From: Octopus vulgaris
Taxonomy: Eukaryota
Length of the DNA stretch: 64,000 nucleotides
Direction: 5' to 3'
Assembly: GCA_951406725.2 (NCBI GenBank)
Contig: OX597821.1
Span: 72,478,001-72,542,000 of the forward strand
Below, piece after piece: positions 12,581 to 26,330 of this stretch. The translations under genes were made by a program, and so were the position numbers. Each line of letters starts with the position of its first letter. Within the stretch, counting starts at the first letter, position 1. The notes beneath the pieces were generated by a model. It was not told the DNA's origin. It saw only the letters and a program-made list of their open reading frames with translations, and did not search any database.

Positions 12581-14012
12581 CTAAATAAAAAAAATAAAAA
12601 AATGAAAGTAAAACATGAAACAAAAATTAATATTAAAATCAAAGAGAAGAATGTAAAGGTTGTTTGCTTCATGTGTTTCTCCATGTTAAGATGGGTTTAG
12701 AAGAATATATTAGAGAGGCAGATACTTCATCAGCCAGATGCCCTTACGGTTACCAAGACCTGTCTGTTTCTAAGAAAGGGAATATTTTCCAATAGCCAGA
12801 TATGTTTTTCACACAAGACTGCTGTGCTTGAGGAGATCTATTGAGTCAAGTACATCAACATCAAATGGAAATTGTAGTTGTGATCCCTGTGCCAGTGGCA
12901 TGTAAAAAGCACCTTCTGTACGTGGCCGATGCCAGCGCTGCCTTGACTGGCTTCTGTGCCGGTGGCACGTAAAAAGCACCAACTGATTGTGATCACTGCC
13001 AGCCTCCCCTGGCACCTGTGCTGGAGGCACATAAAAAGCACTCACTACACTCACAGAGTGGTTGGCATTAAGAAGGGCATCCAGCTGTAGAAACACTGCC
13101 AGATCAGACTGGAGCCCGGTGCAGCCTCCTGGTTTCCCAGACCCCAGTCGAATCGTCCAGCCTGTGCTAGCATGGAAAACGGACATTAAACGATGATGAT
13201 GATGACTGGAAACAAGCAACACCACTTGTATGATGGTGAAGCTCGTTTACAACCAACAAATGATGTCAAGACAAGAGGACACACACACATAGTTATAGAG
13301 ATATGACGGTCTTTTTTCATTTCCTGTCAACCAAATCCACTGACAAGGCTTTGGTCAGACTGGAGTTATAGGTGCTGTGCAGTGGGACTGAACAGGAGAT
13401 CACATGGCTGGGAAGAAAGTTTCTCAACCACACATCCACTTGAATATATATACATACATTACACACACACACATGCAGGGCTTCTTTCAGTTTCTGTTTC
13501 CCAAATTCACAGACAAAAGGCTTTGGTCAATGTTGCTGCGTAGCGAGATTGATCCTGAAACCATATGATTGGGAAACACACTTCTTGTGATAAATATTCA
13601 TTCCATGCACTGGTCAGTGGAATAAAGACAACAGTTTGACCATTCTTGAACAAAGAATCAGCTCTATTTCCTGCAGGAGGGGTGTGCCTTTCCCAAGGGC
13701 ATCAGAGAAAAGAAAAAAGTTACAACCTCTAATTAAATATGGCTCGTTAACCTGCCGAGTGGGAAATTACATGGCTGTAGAACTAAAGCATGGAAGTCTT
13801 CAAAAAGGTAGGAGTCACCAAAATAAGGTAATGCTGCGAAGTTACAACTGTGCAGAACAGGATTCGTTTCCAGGATGGAATATCAACACCTGTCCAATAT
13901 TGTGCTCTACGGCAAACATGTAAAATGCTAACAGCCAAAAAAGTTCAAACTGTAATTGGAGTTAATAAAAATATTTTAATTTATAGCTAAAATATTAACA
14001 AGAGGATAATAC

Positions 14013-14221
14013 CTTCTGCTGCGTATCCAGTTGTTGGTGCCGAGATTAACTTTGGTACAAAATCGTCAGGTAATGCAGAGAGTGATGTCTGTTGATAGAG
14101 TGTTTTGTTAGACCAAAGGTAGATACCAATATCATCAATATGGGATGTGGCCAAGAATATTCCAGTTGGTGACATACTCACAGAAGATACAGGTGTGTCC
14201 ACTTCAAAGCAATCAATCAAC
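14013..14221 (-). CDS. WDR36: WDR36 exon 15 (RLIDCFEVD...MSPTGIFLATSHIDDIGIYLWSNKTLY...GYAAE)
   Basis: SPTG.FLATSH..GIYLWSN motif; gttaag/gtatta; 209 nt. Confidence 0.95.
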
Positions 14222-14730
14222 CTTAACAGAATGATTAAAACAAATTATTCAGATTTTAATTAAATGTTCAAATATCCAATGCATCTGGACATGAAATGAT
14301 GATGATGTCCTTCTCTACAATGGTTGAGTTAGATACTTCACATGGTTCAAATAATTGCTTTTAATGATCAGGTAAAAGAAATATCCATTAGTCTCTGTGT
14401 CAGACAAGGTGTCCCTATGTGTAATGACATAGGAGGGTATATTCAACCCTTTAACGTTTCAATCCAGCCATGGCCAACCCAAATATTTTACCTGTTGTAT
14501 GTTCAAACTGGCCAGATCTGGCCTCTCACACCCACTCTACAATGTCATTCTAAAAATAAACAACTTCATCATTGAAATCTCTAGTTTTAATGGAGAGAAG
14601 AGATAAACACCCTTTTGAACAAATCAACCAGTATATCATAAGTGATTCGCTCCACTGACGAAATTAAGCTCAGCAAATGAAAAACCAATCAATTACTCAT
14701 TAAGTCTAAGAGTATTTGTTAAAAGCTTAC

Positions 14731-14810
14731 CTTCCTGACGGCAGGTCCCATGTTCGGACAAGTGAATCCATCGAAGATGTTATCAACCATCGAGCATCTG
14801 GACTGAAAGC
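14731..14810 (-). CDS. WDR36: WDR36 exon 14 (AFSPDARWLITSSMDSLVRTWDLPSG)
   Basis: Conserved WD repeat; ttgcag/gtaagc; 80 nt. Confidence 0.96.
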
Positions 14811-15022
14811 CTGCAAGAAGAAAATCACATAAATGCTGGTTCCACATAGAAAGCAGTCAGTCCATTCTATAAAGTGATTGGTGTTAGGAAGGGCATCCAG
14901 CTGTAGAAACCCTGCCAAATTAGAAGACATCTGGCCAAGGTGCCATTCAGTGGAATTGAACTAGAACTACAATGTTGCAAAATGAGCTTCTTATTGAAAC
15001 TGTCACGCCTGCAAACAATATA

Positions 15023-15493
15023 CGAGGGTGAGTCAAAAAGTAATGCCATTTTGTTTAGGACAGGTATAATTACCAACACAGGAATATGTATCATACATCA
15101 AAATGAAGCTGGTCCTCTGTAGATCACATCCCTACTCCTCAACATAGTCACTGTTCCTCTCAATAGCAATGTACTGCCTTCGAATGAGAGCATGAATCCC
15201 TGCCCTGTAAAATGTTGACTGATCTTTGAACCACTTCTTCACAACAGTTTTCACTTCCTCGTCACTAGAATAATGTTTGCCTCTCAAACCCTCTTTCATG
15301 GGGCCGAAGAGATGATAGTGCAGTGATAATGATAGAAAGTGGAACATTGCCATTGAGAGAAACAGTGACTATGTTGAGAAGTAGGGATGTGATCCACAGA
15401 GAACCAGCTTCATTTTGATGTATGATACCTGTTCCTGTGTTGGTAATTATACCTGTCCTAAACAAAATGGCATTCCTTTTTTACTTACCCCCG
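15023..15493. mobile_element. Mariner-derived MITE with ~150-bp inverted arms and TA target duplication
   Basis: TA-cgagggtgagtcaaaaag...ttttacttacccccg-TA; internal YHLFGPMKEGLRG..DEEVK remnant on the minus strand. Confidence 0.88.
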
Positions 15494-15743
15494 TAATAAT
15501 AATAATAATAATAATAATAATCCTCATTTAGCATCCGTTTTCCATGCTGGCATAGCTGGAGAGCTGTACCAGGCTCCAATTGTTTGTTTTGACATGGTTT
15601 CTATGGCTGGATGCCCTTCCTGATGCCAACCACTCTACAGAGTGTACTGGGTGCCTTTTATGTAGACCAGCACAAGTGCTTTTTTACAACTTAATATCAG
15701 CATTCATAATAATAATATGAAATATAAGAAACATTTCACTCAC

Positions 15744-15852
15744 CATATCTGTTATTTGATGTTGGTGGTCAGAGAAAACTCGAATCACATTCTTTGTCTG
15801 TAAATCTACTATTGAGACGGAGAGGTTGTTGAGGGACACTGCTAACAGGGAA
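15744..15852 (-). CDS. WDR36: WDR36 exon 13 (SSLLAVSLNNLSVSIVDLQTKNVIRVFSDHQHQITDM)
   Basis: tgacag/gtgagt; 109 nt; phase 2 to 0 fits both neighbours. Confidence 0.94.
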
Positions 15853-17736
15853 CTGTCACAATTAGAAGAAAGTTAAACAATAAAACAACTACATCATCAT
15901 CATTTAATGTCCGTTTTCCATGCTGGCATGGGTTGGACGAGTTGACTGAAGACTGGCAAGCCAGGAGGCTGCACCAGGCTCCAATCTGATCTGGCAATGT
16001 TTCTACAGCTGGATGCCCTTCCTAATGCCAACCACTCTGAGAGTGTAGTGGATACTTTTTATGTGCCACCAGCACAAGATTCAGTCAGGTGGACCTGGCT
16101 TCGACCACATTTGGATGGTGTGTTTTACATGCCACCTGTATGGGAGCCAGTCACGGGGTAGTGGCATCAGCCACGTTTGGATGGTGCTTTTTACGTGCCA
16201 CCAACACATGTCTATAAACAGAAACAAACTAACATTTGTTTTTATAAGCATTGAAATGTGTACTGAATTATACAAATTAGATGATATTCGTGTTTCAAAC
16301 ACAGAATTTGCCATTAGAACAGCAGTCTTTAAGAGATATGGGTTCAAGTCCCATGGCTGGTTGTTAACAAAATTTTCCTGCCTTGTAAGGGTAACTTACC
16401 CACTATTTCTGCTGTTCTAACAGCAATTCTGCATTTGAAAAAAAAATATCTAATTTGTATCATTTAATAAAATAACTTTTTCCATCAATGCAGTTTCAAA
16501 ATTATTGCAGAGCAAACACATGAAAAAATAGTTTTCATTTTGTTTATCACCAAAATGTATCTGACATAAGCAGAAAAGGGAAAATAGCCAAGTGGTGTTT
16601 CTGCATTTCCAAAGTACAGTGAGTGGTGATGTTAGAGGGTTTCATCAGATCTGTAAAACTAAATAGATATCAACAATCAAGTAAAATATCTTGTACAAAC
16701 AAGCACAAAATGAAGGAGAGACACTTCATAGTCACCCAAACAGCTAGAAATAGCAGTCAAATCTTTAAATCTTATCAAGTCTTAAATGTGTTAAGACACG
16801 CTATATATGGTTCTAGATGAACACAACCTGACAAAGAATAAAGGAGATGGCCATAGCTGGAACCCCTGAAGTTAAAACAACTACAACACGATCCACAAAA
16901 GAGTAACTTATACAATTTCAACTGTAAAAAAGATGAAAATGTTGATCTCCTGCAGCTCAATGGGAGCCAAATCAATCGTAAATCTATCCCAAAGATGAGA
17001 ACCCTGAACCACATTTTTAAATAATCTTTGTTTTCTTACTAATAATTCTGCAGTTTTTAATCTTTTCTTCTTATAATAAATTATTATTATTATTATCAAG
17101 GTAGAAATTGTTAGCATGCTGGACAAAATGCTTAGTGGCATTTCATTCATAAATAAAAAAGGAAATCTCAATCAGTTTCAGTAACAACCGCCCCCGCCAC
17201 CACCATCATTTAACATCCATGTTCCATGCTAGCATGGGTGGGATGCAGAGGAAGCTGCATGCTGAAGGGTTAACATAAAACCTTTCTGCAAAATGAAACT
17301 CAAAAGCCTTACAAGATGCCCAAGTTCTTGATAATACAGGTGTCAAACTCAGCTCTCGCTTGCATTTGATGGACTCCAGAAGACATCATTATTGTTCTTT
17401 TACTAATTTTAGCTGGAGAACTGCAGCCATATGGGAGCATCATCATCATTAAACGTCCATGTTCCATGCTAGCATGGGTGGACGGTACCACAAGAGCCGG
17501 CCAGGCCGAATCCTGCACCGCACTTCTGTGACTGTTTTGGCAGAATTTTTACAGCTGGATGCCCTTCCTAACACCAACCTCTCCGAAGAGTGGACGAGAT
17601 GGTTGATAATCCTGTATCTGCATGTGAAGTATTACAAATGAGACATGCACCTCTCGGTTCACATGCAACTTGTCTCCATGCTTCCAGTTCTTCTCTCAAT
17701 AATCTCACATATACACACTCACAGTGGTTTATTTAC

Positions 17737-17902
17737 CTTTCACGATGAAGTAAAATTTTGGCAATATAGCTGTCGAGTTTCAATTCTTTTAAAAGTTGTT
17801 TTGACTTGAACTTCCAGAACTTCAGTGTTCCATCGGCTCCAGCCGTGACAGTGATTTGGTTATTGGCATCGACAGCAATGCCATGCACGGCACAGACATG
17901 AC
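17737..17902 (-). CDS. WDR36: WDR36 exon 12 (CHVCAVHGIAVDANNQITVTAGADGTLKFWKFK...LLHRE)
   Basis: WD repeat; gtgtag/gtaaat; 166 nt. Confidence 0.95.
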
Positions 17903-18509
17903 CTACACAAAGGAAAAAAATATCACAGAAAATTAAAATGTCAGAAGACATGGCCGAGTTTGTGTTTAGCATGCAAGAATGAGGAACAAGTCAAACTACA
18001 AATTTAGAAAATAACAAACATGATTGACTCTGGAGTAAAGATTGTTTGCCAACATAACATGGCAGTCCTGGTTTAGGACGAATGTTGCTGTAATTTAGCC
18101 CCAAGAGACATTGTCTCCAGCTGGCTATACGACATGATCTATGTCCTTATATTTTCAAACAAGGGAATCTAGCAACCCCACTCAGCTGATCAAAGCAAAC
18201 CAGTTCTTACTGGTGTTTCTCATTTGCTGACATTTGTCCGTCAGGAGGCAAGATTTACATTCAGTTTGTACATGTCACCACCACTGCTGCCACCATTACA
18301 ACAGAGTAGCAGCCTTTTAAATGAATAGTTTATATACCAGGTGAAAGCTCCTATAAAGTTGCTTGACTTGCTTGAAATAGCAACCAAACCATCCTTAAAT
18401 CACACCATTCATCTTAAAAATTGTAGTCCCAGATTTACAAAATGATGATGATAACGATGAATATTCAAAACAACAAATTCTTGTCCAAGGAGATATTTAT
18501 AATACTCAC

Positions 18510-19511
18510 ATTCCAGGAGAAAAAACTAGAAGTAATTGATAGCTTCCGCTACCAAGGTAACCAAGTTAGTAGTGGGGATGGATGCTCAGAGAGTGTTACC
18601 ACTAGAATAAGAATAGCCTTGGCAAAGTTTAGAAAGCTTCTACCCCTACTGGTAAAAAAGGGCCTCTCGATCAGAGTGAAAGGTAGATTGTACGATGCAT
18701 GTGTGTGAACTGCCATGCTTCATGGCAGTGAAACATGGGCCGTGACTGCTGAGGCTCGAAAGAAATGAAGCTAGCATGATCCACTGGATGTGTAATGTCA
18801 GTGTGCACATGACAGAGTAAGCACTCTGAGAGAAATGTTGGACATAAGAAGCATCAGATGTGGCGTGCAAGAAAGACGTTTGCACTGGTATGGTCATATA
18901 CTATGGATGGATGAGGAGAGCTATGTGAAAGAAGTGCCACTCCCAAACAGTTGAAGGAATCTGGGGTAGAGGTAGACCCAGGAAGACATGGGATGAGGTG
19001 GTGAAGCATGACCTTCAAACGTTGGACCTCAAAGAGGCAATGACAAAAGACCAAGACCTATGGAGATATGCTGTGACTGGGATGACCCAACAAATAAAGA
19101 GAGTTCAAAGCTGTATCCTACACCAGTGTCGCATAACCAACCCACTCAAAAGTAGCTTGGATCATAGGGCGACATGCTGCGCTTGAGGAGACCTATTGAG
19201 TCAAGTACATCAAAATCAAAATGAAAATCAAATGGAAATTGTAGTTGTGATCCCCGTGCTGGTGGAACATAAAAAGCACCATTTGAACGTGGCCAATGCC
19301 AGCGCCGCCTTGACTGGCTTCTGAGCCGGTGGAACGTAAAAAGTACCTACTACACTCACGGAGTGGTCGGTGTTAGGAAGGGCATCCAGCTGTAGAAACA
19401 CTGCTAGATCAGACTGGAGCCTGGTGCAGCCATCCTGGCTTCCCAGACCCCGGTCAAACCGTCCAACCCATGCTAGCATGGAAAACAGACGTTAAACGAT
19501 GATGATGATGA
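18510..19511 (+). mobile_element. 5'-truncated RTE LINE (degenerate ORF end + 3' UTR + (GAT)n tail)
   Basis: FRYQG...RIRIALAKFRKLLPLL...KGRLYDACV...HGSETW...GRGRPRKTWDEVVKHDL. Confidence 0.85.
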
Positions 19512-19652
19512 ACTTTTTCATCAGAGCTGGGTATAATTATATCTACTTTATGCTTTGATCTCCATTCGTTATCATTGCTGCTACTATTGTTACCTACGTT
19601 TTATTCCTGGCTGCCATCTACATAATATTTATTATTGCAAGTGATTTAGCCA

Positions 19653-19802
19653 TCAGGGCCGGCCTTAAGGTTGCTGGCACCCTGGGCAAGCTGAACTTCA
19701 ACATGTACAAGGTAACAGTTGTGAAAATTTCCTTGTCTTTGTCACAGCCTCCATGGTGTCCCAGGCGACTACCCAAGTTGTCAGTATCTTGAGTCGGCCA
19801 TG
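19653..19802. mobile_element. Small hAT-like MITE
   Basis: cagggccggccttaag / cttgagtcggccatg imperfect TIRs. Confidence 0.4.
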
Positions 19803-20479
19803 ACCACCACCACATACCAGTTTTACAGTGCTATTATTTACTGCTATTTATAATGACAAATTCTTGCCTGAGATTCATTTATTTGTTTCAGTCATTTGAC
19901 TGTGGCCATGCTGGAGCACCACCTTTAGTCAAGCAAATCAGCATAGTACTTATTCTAAGTGACGGGGACGTAAACACACCAGCATCAGTTGTCAAGTGAT
20001 GTTGCGGGGACAAACACAGACACACAAACATATACATATATATATACACACACACACACAATGAACTTCTTTCAGTTTATGTCTACCAAATCCGCTTACA
20101 AGGCTTTGGTTGACCCAAGGTTATAGTAGAAAACACTTGCCCAAGGTGCCATGCAGTGGGACCGAACTCGAAACCATGTGGTTGGTAAGCAAGCTACTTA
20201 CCACACAGCCACTCCATATATATATTTAGAACTTGGCCGTTTAGGGTTAAACATTATGACTACAGACAAAGCATACAGCCAAAGATACAATCGATTTTGT
20301 TGCCCGGTCCCCCTAGGTTATCTGCAATGTCAACAAATTTTACAAAAACCATCCACTACATCATCATGTACTTCAATTATTATATAATTCCCACCAGGTA
20401 AGCATTACTCTTACTGATGTGTGTATGTGTGTGTATGTTCATGCAGGTGTGTACAAGTAAAACGTTTGTAAAAACCTAC

Positions 20480-20594
20480 ATTTCTCTTCACCATATGATC
20501 CTCGGTAAATTCCAGACTGTATGTTGAATACGTCCACATGGCCAGAACTATAACCAAGCAGGCAGTAATTACCACATGAAGTGATTGCTACACT
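20480..20594 (-). CDS. WDR36: WDR36 exon 11 (SVAITSCGNYCLLGYSSGHVDVFNIQSGIYRGSYGEEK)
   Basis: ITSCGN and N.QSG..RG motifs; tttttag/gtaggt; 115 nt. Confidence 0.95.
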
Positions 20595-20767
20595 CTAAAA
20601 AATAAATAAAAAATTGGCTTCGTTAATTAAATTTATCATTTAAAAACCCCATAATGTAAACAACTGTTTAAGCTCTTGAAAGAAATCTTATAATTGTTTT
20701 TTAATTCTGCACGTGGGTTGCCATAGCAACATGTCTAAAGGAAAACACAAACAATATACCAACTCAC

Positions 20768-20928
20768 TGTGGCTGTTATATCTGTACCGTCTTTGGCTTC
20801 TTTCCTTTGTTTGTACACATCAAATTTACGGTCACCCATGGTGGAACGCAGGTAGCTCCATGTCGTCACCAAATGGCTTCCTCGATGACACGCCACAATG
20901 TTATCCCAATCACTCTCACGCCGAACCT
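20768..20928 (-). CDS. WDR36: WDR36 exon 10 (EVRRESDWDNIVACHRG...TDITAT)
   Basis: RESDWD..ACH.G motif; cttcag/gtgagt; 161 nt. Confidence 0.95.
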
Positions 20929-21062
20929 CTGAAGATTAACAAATAATTAAATTTCACATGGTTTAATCTGAGCTTTTTCAAAGAATGAAATAAAAAAATT
21001 TTTACTAATAAAATGAAAATTTTTTAAATCAAAAGAATGAGAGGAGAGTACATTTATGTTGA

Positions 21063-21276
21063 AGCCTTTAGCATTTAAACTAACCATACCCAGCTCAAAT
21101 ATTCTGTTTAATGTTCAAACTGGCTAGATCTAGCCTTTCACACCTATCCTACAATGGCATTCTAAAATCAACCAATCACATCATGAAAATCATGAAGCCA
21201 TAAGATACGGCAAGATTAATTTAAAATGTAAATAGGCATTATATTTGAGAGAGGAACCTGCATGCGGAAAGGTTAA
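21063..21276. mobile_element. Older piggyBac-like MITE (partial related copy ~14446-14580)
   Basis: cctttagcat...atgcggaaagg-TTAA ends; shared ttcaaactggc.agatct.gcct.tcacacc interior. Confidence 0.5.
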
Positions 21277-22012
21277 CATAAAACCTTTTAGCAAAATGAA
21301 ACTCAAAAGATTTACAAGATGCCCAAGTTCTTGATAATACAGCACAGGTGTCAAACTCAGAGTGGTTTGAGACGTTGTTCAGCTCTCGTTTGCATTTGAT
21401 GAACGCCAGAAGACATCACTATTATGATTCTTTTACTAATTTTAGCTGGAGAACAGCAACCATGTGGGAGCATCATCATCATTTAATGTCCATGTTCCTT
21501 GCTCATGTCAATAGCAACAGCAATGCTTTCAGCCAACAACTTGAGGGTGAGAGCCTAAGAGATGAGTGCCAGTGGAATGTAAAAGGCACCATCCGAGCGT
21601 GATCATTGCCATAGCGGCTATCTGGTCTCCATGCCGGTAGCACATAAAAGTCACCATTCAAGCGTGATCGTTACCAGCGTCGCCTTACCGGCACCTGTGC
21701 CGGTGGCATGTGTAAAAAGATTCAAGCAAGGTCGTTGCCAGTACCGCCTGACTGGCCCCCGTGCCGGTGGCACATAAAAGCACCCACTACACTCTCGGAG
21801 TGGTTGGCGTTAGGAAGGGCATCCAGCTGTAGAAACTCTGCCAGATCAGATTGGAGTCTGGTTCGCCAGACCTCAGTCAAATCGTCCAACCCATGCTAGC
21901 ATGGAAAGCAGACGTTAAATGATGATGATGATAATGATTAGGTTTCTAGCAGATCTGATTTTGTGAAAGCTGGACTTCAATACAAGTGAACCAATGAAAA
22001 CTTTCCACTTAC

Positions 22013-22159
22013 CTGCAGCAAAATCAAAGATTGGTGGCATTACATATTTATCTTTTAATTTTTCACGTTTAGATTTTTTCTTATAGAAAGATGCTTGTCC
22101 CAAACTTTTATTGTGTTTATCATGTACAAGAGAGAAGGATCGCAAAGTACTGTCAAGAC
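22013..22159 (-). CDS. WDR36: WDR36 exon 9 (GLDSTLRSFSLVHDKHNKSLGQAS...MPPIFDFAA)
   Basis: NKSLG and PPI..FAA motifs; tttaaag/gtaagt; 147 nt. Confidence 0.95.
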
Positions 22160-22504
22160 CTTTAAAAAAAAAATGAAAGTAGGTTTAACAGCAAATAAGG
22201 AAAACATTACAAAGCTTTAACATTTTTCCACATCTGACAAATATTGAAAATGGACGACATCTAGACTGCCAGGACTGTACCTTTCAGTTACAGGTTTAAA
22301 TTTGCTCTTAGAGTTAATGAAATTAATAACATACAGGCAATGGCTATTAACGATATGAAAGCAGAAAAAGGAACTAGACTATAAGGGATGATTAATGAGG
22401 TGTTGAAAATATCCAGTGAAATAGGAGAGGCACTGGTCACATGTTTGATCAAGAAGTGCAAGAAAGAGTCACTCTTAATGACTGGTGTGGCCGTATTTCT
22501 TTAA

Positions 22505-23575
22505 CCTTTTCGTTACCAAACCGCCCAAAGCCGCCCGAAAAAAATTTTGGTTAATGTGACCAAACCGCCCAAATTTACCTATTCATATTTAAATGAGAAT
22601 ATCAGAGCAAATCTCTTTAGTACATTCGTGAAAACACGTATTATACTTCTTAAACAGTTCAACTACAGTTTTGTACAATAATCGAAGTGTAATTTTAATT
22701 CCGTGAATTTTGAGAGATTTTTTTCCGAAATTTGTTCCTATTGTGTTTTCAAAATTTGTAATTCTGACAAAAAATGGATACGAATTTCATTATATCAAGC
22801 AGCGAGTCAGAATTCAAAGGATTTTCTACTGAAGACCTTCATAAATCTAACTCTATGACTGAAAAAAAAGCACGTGGTATTTGATAATGAATCTGATGTT
22901 TCATTTTCCGAAAGTGAAAACAGTGAATCCGAGATCTCCGATAGCGATAAAGAAAACGAATTGGCACCTGAATGGAGTGAAAATTTAAAAACTGTTTCTT
23001 TCGGTGATTTTTCTGAAGAAACTGGACCAAGCCACAGACTTTCCCAGAAGGGTAAAGCCTTAGACTATTTCTTTTTTCCTTTTTCGAATGAGCCTATTTG
23101 AACTCATTACGGCGGAAACAAACCGTTACGCTAAACGTAAACAAAGCGAAAGAAAGGATAGTTTGTGGTTTCCCATAACCTTAAATGAAATTAAGACTAT
23201 TTTGCTGTAAATATTATTATGGGTATCAGAAAGTTACCCAGAATAATAAATTCTATCGTAAAATTTTGTTGTATACCCAATTGAATATTAGCTAATAACC
23301 CATTTTCTATAGCGATGTTTGAACAAAATTTTAATTTTATATTTTGTTGAATTTACCTGTATCTACCTGCAATTAGAGTCACTTTGTGACAAAAATTATA
23401 GTATAGAATTGGTTGAGAATATTTCATTAAATTATCTTCCAAAAATCAGATTAATATATTGATAAATAAAAAGTTATAGTTGTTTAATGAAACCAGACTA
23501 AATTTATGATTACGTTAGAAATTAATTGAAACACATAAGGGGTGTATTTTGGTCAGAAATATAGTAACGAAAGGG
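22505..23575 (+). mobile_element. Internally deleted piggyBac element
   Basis: TTAA on both sides; TIR ccttttcgttac/gtaacgaaaggg; acidic N-terminus and ETNRYA...IIMGIRKLP transposase remnant. Confidence 0.9.
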
Positions 23576-23579
23576 TTAA

Positions 23580-24400
23580 ATGCTAAGGAAATGCTCCAAA
23601 AAATGCAACTAGAAATAATGAACCAAGTCTTTGAAATTGACAGAAACAAATAATTAGGAGAAGAACCAGTCAAGGTGAGATGCAGTTCAGGTTTATGCTG
23701 TGATGGAGGACTATTGATACTCTCTTTCTAGTGAGACAACTATAAGCAAAAATTCTTAGTGAAGTGCAAGCCATTATACCCAGCATTCATTGAGCTGGAG
23801 AAGGTCTTTGTTAGGGTACCCGACTTTGTACTCAGGTGGTCACTATGAAAAATAGGTATACAAGAATGGCTAGTGAGACATGTACAAAATATGTAAGGAA
23901 ACACTATCAGTAAGGTGAAAATTAACAAGTTCTATGAGGAATTTTAGTGTGCAGGTGGTGTCCATCAAGGCTCAGTTCTTAAATGCTTCCTGTTTCTTAC
24001 AGTTCTCCAGGTAGTAACAGAAGAGTTTAAGACTAATTCTCCTTCAGATCTTCAGTATGCTGATAATCTTTTTCTCATAGCAGAACAGTCGAAGAATTAG
24101 AAGAAATTCCAAATGTGGAAGCATAACAGAACCAAAAGTAAACTTAACATGTACCCCCAGAAAGTACCCATATGTGGATACATAGGAGATGCACTGGATG
24201 TACAGGCAGAAAACAACTTTGTCTGCAGCAGATATGTAGGAGAAATCAGCAGTAAGGACACTGTTAAAATAGATCCTTTCAAATAACTGTAGGGCACCCT
24301 ATAAGTACCCTACAAGAGTACTTCTAGGGTAACAGCATCTGATGACTAAGTGACTAAGTTAGTCACTTAGTAGACAGTATTTCAAAAAGCATAGAGTAAG
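23580..24400 (+). pseudogene. Old RTE RT remnant; its upstream part (~22330-22495) is separated by the piggyBac insertion
   Basis: ELEKVF, GVHQGSVL, YADNL motifs. Confidence 0.7.
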
Positions 24401-24707
24401 AACTCTGTATGTGTGTATTAATGTATTGATCTGGGGTATAATTCAACAAAGAGAGCACTCCATCTGGTGAGAGTCAAATATTATTTAAGGGTCACACTAC
24501 GTCTTTGGGCGCTACTAATAGTTTCATGTGTTTCAAAATCCAAACACATTCTTCAGGTATAGACCACTCTTCATTCTGAACTAAGAATTTTAAATATGGT
24601 GTGGAATATGAGAAAATGCAAAAAAAAAACATGAAAAAATGGTAGCATAAAGAAAATCCTAACTTCTAACCGGAAAATGGTTATATAATCAGTGACTGCT
24701 CTCTTAC

Positions 24708-24828
24708 CTGCACTAAGTAGATTTTCACCATTTTCTCCATAATAGCGTATTTTGAGTGGTGGTGAACTATGGCCCTCCCTCTTCCTCAGTAAACGAGGAC
24801 TTCCATCAGGCAAATCAAAAATCCAGAC
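24708..24828 (-). CDS. WDR36: WDR36 exon 8 (VWIFDLPDGSPRLLRKREGHSSPPLKIRYYGENGENLLSA)
   Basis: WIFD..RLLR.R.GHS motif; ggtag/gtaaga; 121 nt. Confidence 0.96.
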
Positions 24829-26330
24829 CTACCAGAAAAAGAAAAAAAAGAAAAACTATCAACTGGGAAAAACAGAACAAAACACATAATGGTTAATGTG
24901 TGGACAGGCAAAGTTTTCAAAAGGGTCACTCCACCAACTTAGAAAAATAGGTATGGAATACGATGAACAACTTCCTTTCTAAGCAGCAGTAGCACTGTCA
25001 AATTGACAGTTTGCTGTTCAGCTTCTCCGGAAAAGCAGTCAAAGTCCCTGTAGTACTCCTCACTGGATCAGAATCTCCAGATTATGTTAGCAACACTTTG
25101 CCATTGATTCCAGGCTCTCATCATCATCATCATCGTTTAACGCCCGTTTTCCATGCTAGCATGGGTTGGACGGTTCGACCGGGGTCTAGGAAGCCAGGAG
25201 GCTGCACCAGGCTCCAGTCTGATCTGGCAGTGTTTCTACAGCTGGATGCCCTTCCTAACCCCAACCACTCCGAGAGTGTAGTTGGTGCTTTTTACGTGCC
25301 ACGATCGGTTGGTGCTTTTTACGTGCCACTGGCACGGAGGCCAGTCAAGGCGGCGCTGGCAACGGCCACGTTCGGATGATTCTTTTACGTGCCACTGGCA
25401 CTGATATCACAACTACAATTTCCATTGATTTTTGATCGATTTCGATTTCACTTGCCTCAACAGGTCTTTGCAAGCAGAGTTTTGTGTCCCAAGGAGGAGG
25501 AAGGAAGGAAAGGTATGCATAAGTGGACTGGCTCTAGTTCCAATAAATTATAATGTGTGACTGCAACTACATAACTACCCATTCCACAACTCATCTCTCA
25601 CAAGCTTCTAGGGATTTTGTGATCGATGACCCGAACATGATCAATGCCAGGGCAACTTGATTGGGTCCTGTGCCGGTGGGACGTAAAAGATCCCATCTGA
25701 ACGTGGCTGATGCCAGTACCCACTGAGTGACTCCCATGCTGGTGGAATGTAAAAAGCACTATCCGAACGTGATCGATGCCAGACCCACCAGACTGGATCC
25801 TATGCCGGTGGCACATAAAAAGCATCCACTACACTCTCAGAGTGGTTGGCATTAGGAAGAGCATCCAGCTGTAGAAACATTGCCAGATCAGATTGGAGCC
25901 TGGTACAGCTGCTGGCTTTGCAGACCTCAGTCAGACTGTCCAACCCATGCCAGCATGGAAAACAGACATTAAACGATGATGATGATGGGAGCCTCTATAG
26001 TTGCTCCATATGCTAGGCTGACCTACAGCTAACCAACAACAATAAACTTCTTTTTAAATTCAGAATAATTTCAGTGCTGAGCAATAAGTGACCCATTATA
26101 ACAACGCTCAGTAGCACTCAATACATGGATCAGAAGTCACACACGTAACATTTTTTTTTTCTTTGGATTACCAAAATTTCCAGCTTTTAAAATATATATT
26201 TTCAATTTTGTAATTTAAGAATGAAACTATGTATCTTGGCTACAGAAACAACAAAGAACCAATAGCAGGATATTAATCATTAATCTCTTGGTTGTCTGCT
26301 ACCAGAATGATTCATCCATTAGTATTCTCA

